DNA of 33,131 bases from Octopus sinensis (Eukaryota). Shown here piece by piece: positions 33,001-33,131 of this stretch. The position numbers and the translations under genes are program-made. Location of the stretch: positions 1 to 33,131 of the forward strand of contig NW_021832726.1 of NCBI RefSeq assembly GCF_006345805.1. The letters are read 5' to 3'. The notes below the pieces were generated by a model. The model saw only the letters and a program-made list of their open reading frames with translations, had not been told where the DNA came from and did no database searches. Numbering within the stretch: the first letter of the stretch is position 1; every line of letters begins with the position of its first letter.

Positions 33001-33131
33001 GTAAGAATTACATGTGGCAGGCTGGTAATATAACAACTCAAGACTGCCTGGCACTATACTTTCCAATACATCAGAGCAAAGATACCATCTTCCATTTCTC
33101 AATGAATCCTGATGAAGAGGTTCTAACAAAG
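33001..33131 (+). CDS. Candidate internal coding exon of an unidentified host gene (may continue past the window)
   Basis: After CAG acceptor, phase-1 frame is stop-free to the window end: (G)[43 protein letters not shown]; non-repetitive, complex sequence in an otherwise low-complexity region; protein family not recognised. Confidence 0.5.

Noticed and set aside
191-33129. The ~150 ORFs in the supplied track, including poly-His/Ser/Ile/Asn and YI/VC/HT dipeptide ORFs (e.g. 25090-25602, 564-1085, 32692-33129)
   Set aside because: They are translations of microsatellites and open only because simple repeats lack stops; only those overlapping TE remnants carry real protein motifs.
1-33131. CRISPR arrays, rRNA, genuine tRNA genes, prokaryotic operons
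   Set aside because: None seen. tRNA-like A/B boxes all belong to SINE heads and lack a cloverleaf with acceptor stem. The 42-bp tandem repeat has no unique spacers.
33108-33131. CTGATGA near the window end
   Set aside because: Truncated by the window edge and lies in the candidate exon frame (PDE); no evidence of a ribozyme fold.

Overview
AT-rich eukaryotic, essentially non-coding window saturated with microsatellites and decayed transposable elements. The repeat families (tRNA-derived SINEs with internal microsatellites, RTE 3' tails ending in (GAT)n) look like those of Octopus/cephalopod genomes; this is inference from pattern recognition, not a database hit. Nearly all ORFs in the supplied track are translation artefacts of simple repeats. 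Recognisable elements: a full-length but dead DD34D mariner (7792-9077), an internally deleted DD37D Tc1/mariner element, RTE LINE fragments (one with a PHD-like Cys cluster inside the RT region), a Penelope-type RT remnant, an R4/Rex6/Dong-like restriction-like endonuclease C-terminus embedded in TAA-type repeats, two clear non-autonomous Helitrons, a MITE with ~118-bp TIRs, and many SINE copies. The only plausible host coding sequence is a candidate 131-bp exon at the window end (33001-33131). The most notable hidden feature is a near-intact minimal type I hammerhead ribozyme on the minus strand (14020-14083), with a second degenerate hammerhead-like motif at 9433-9479.
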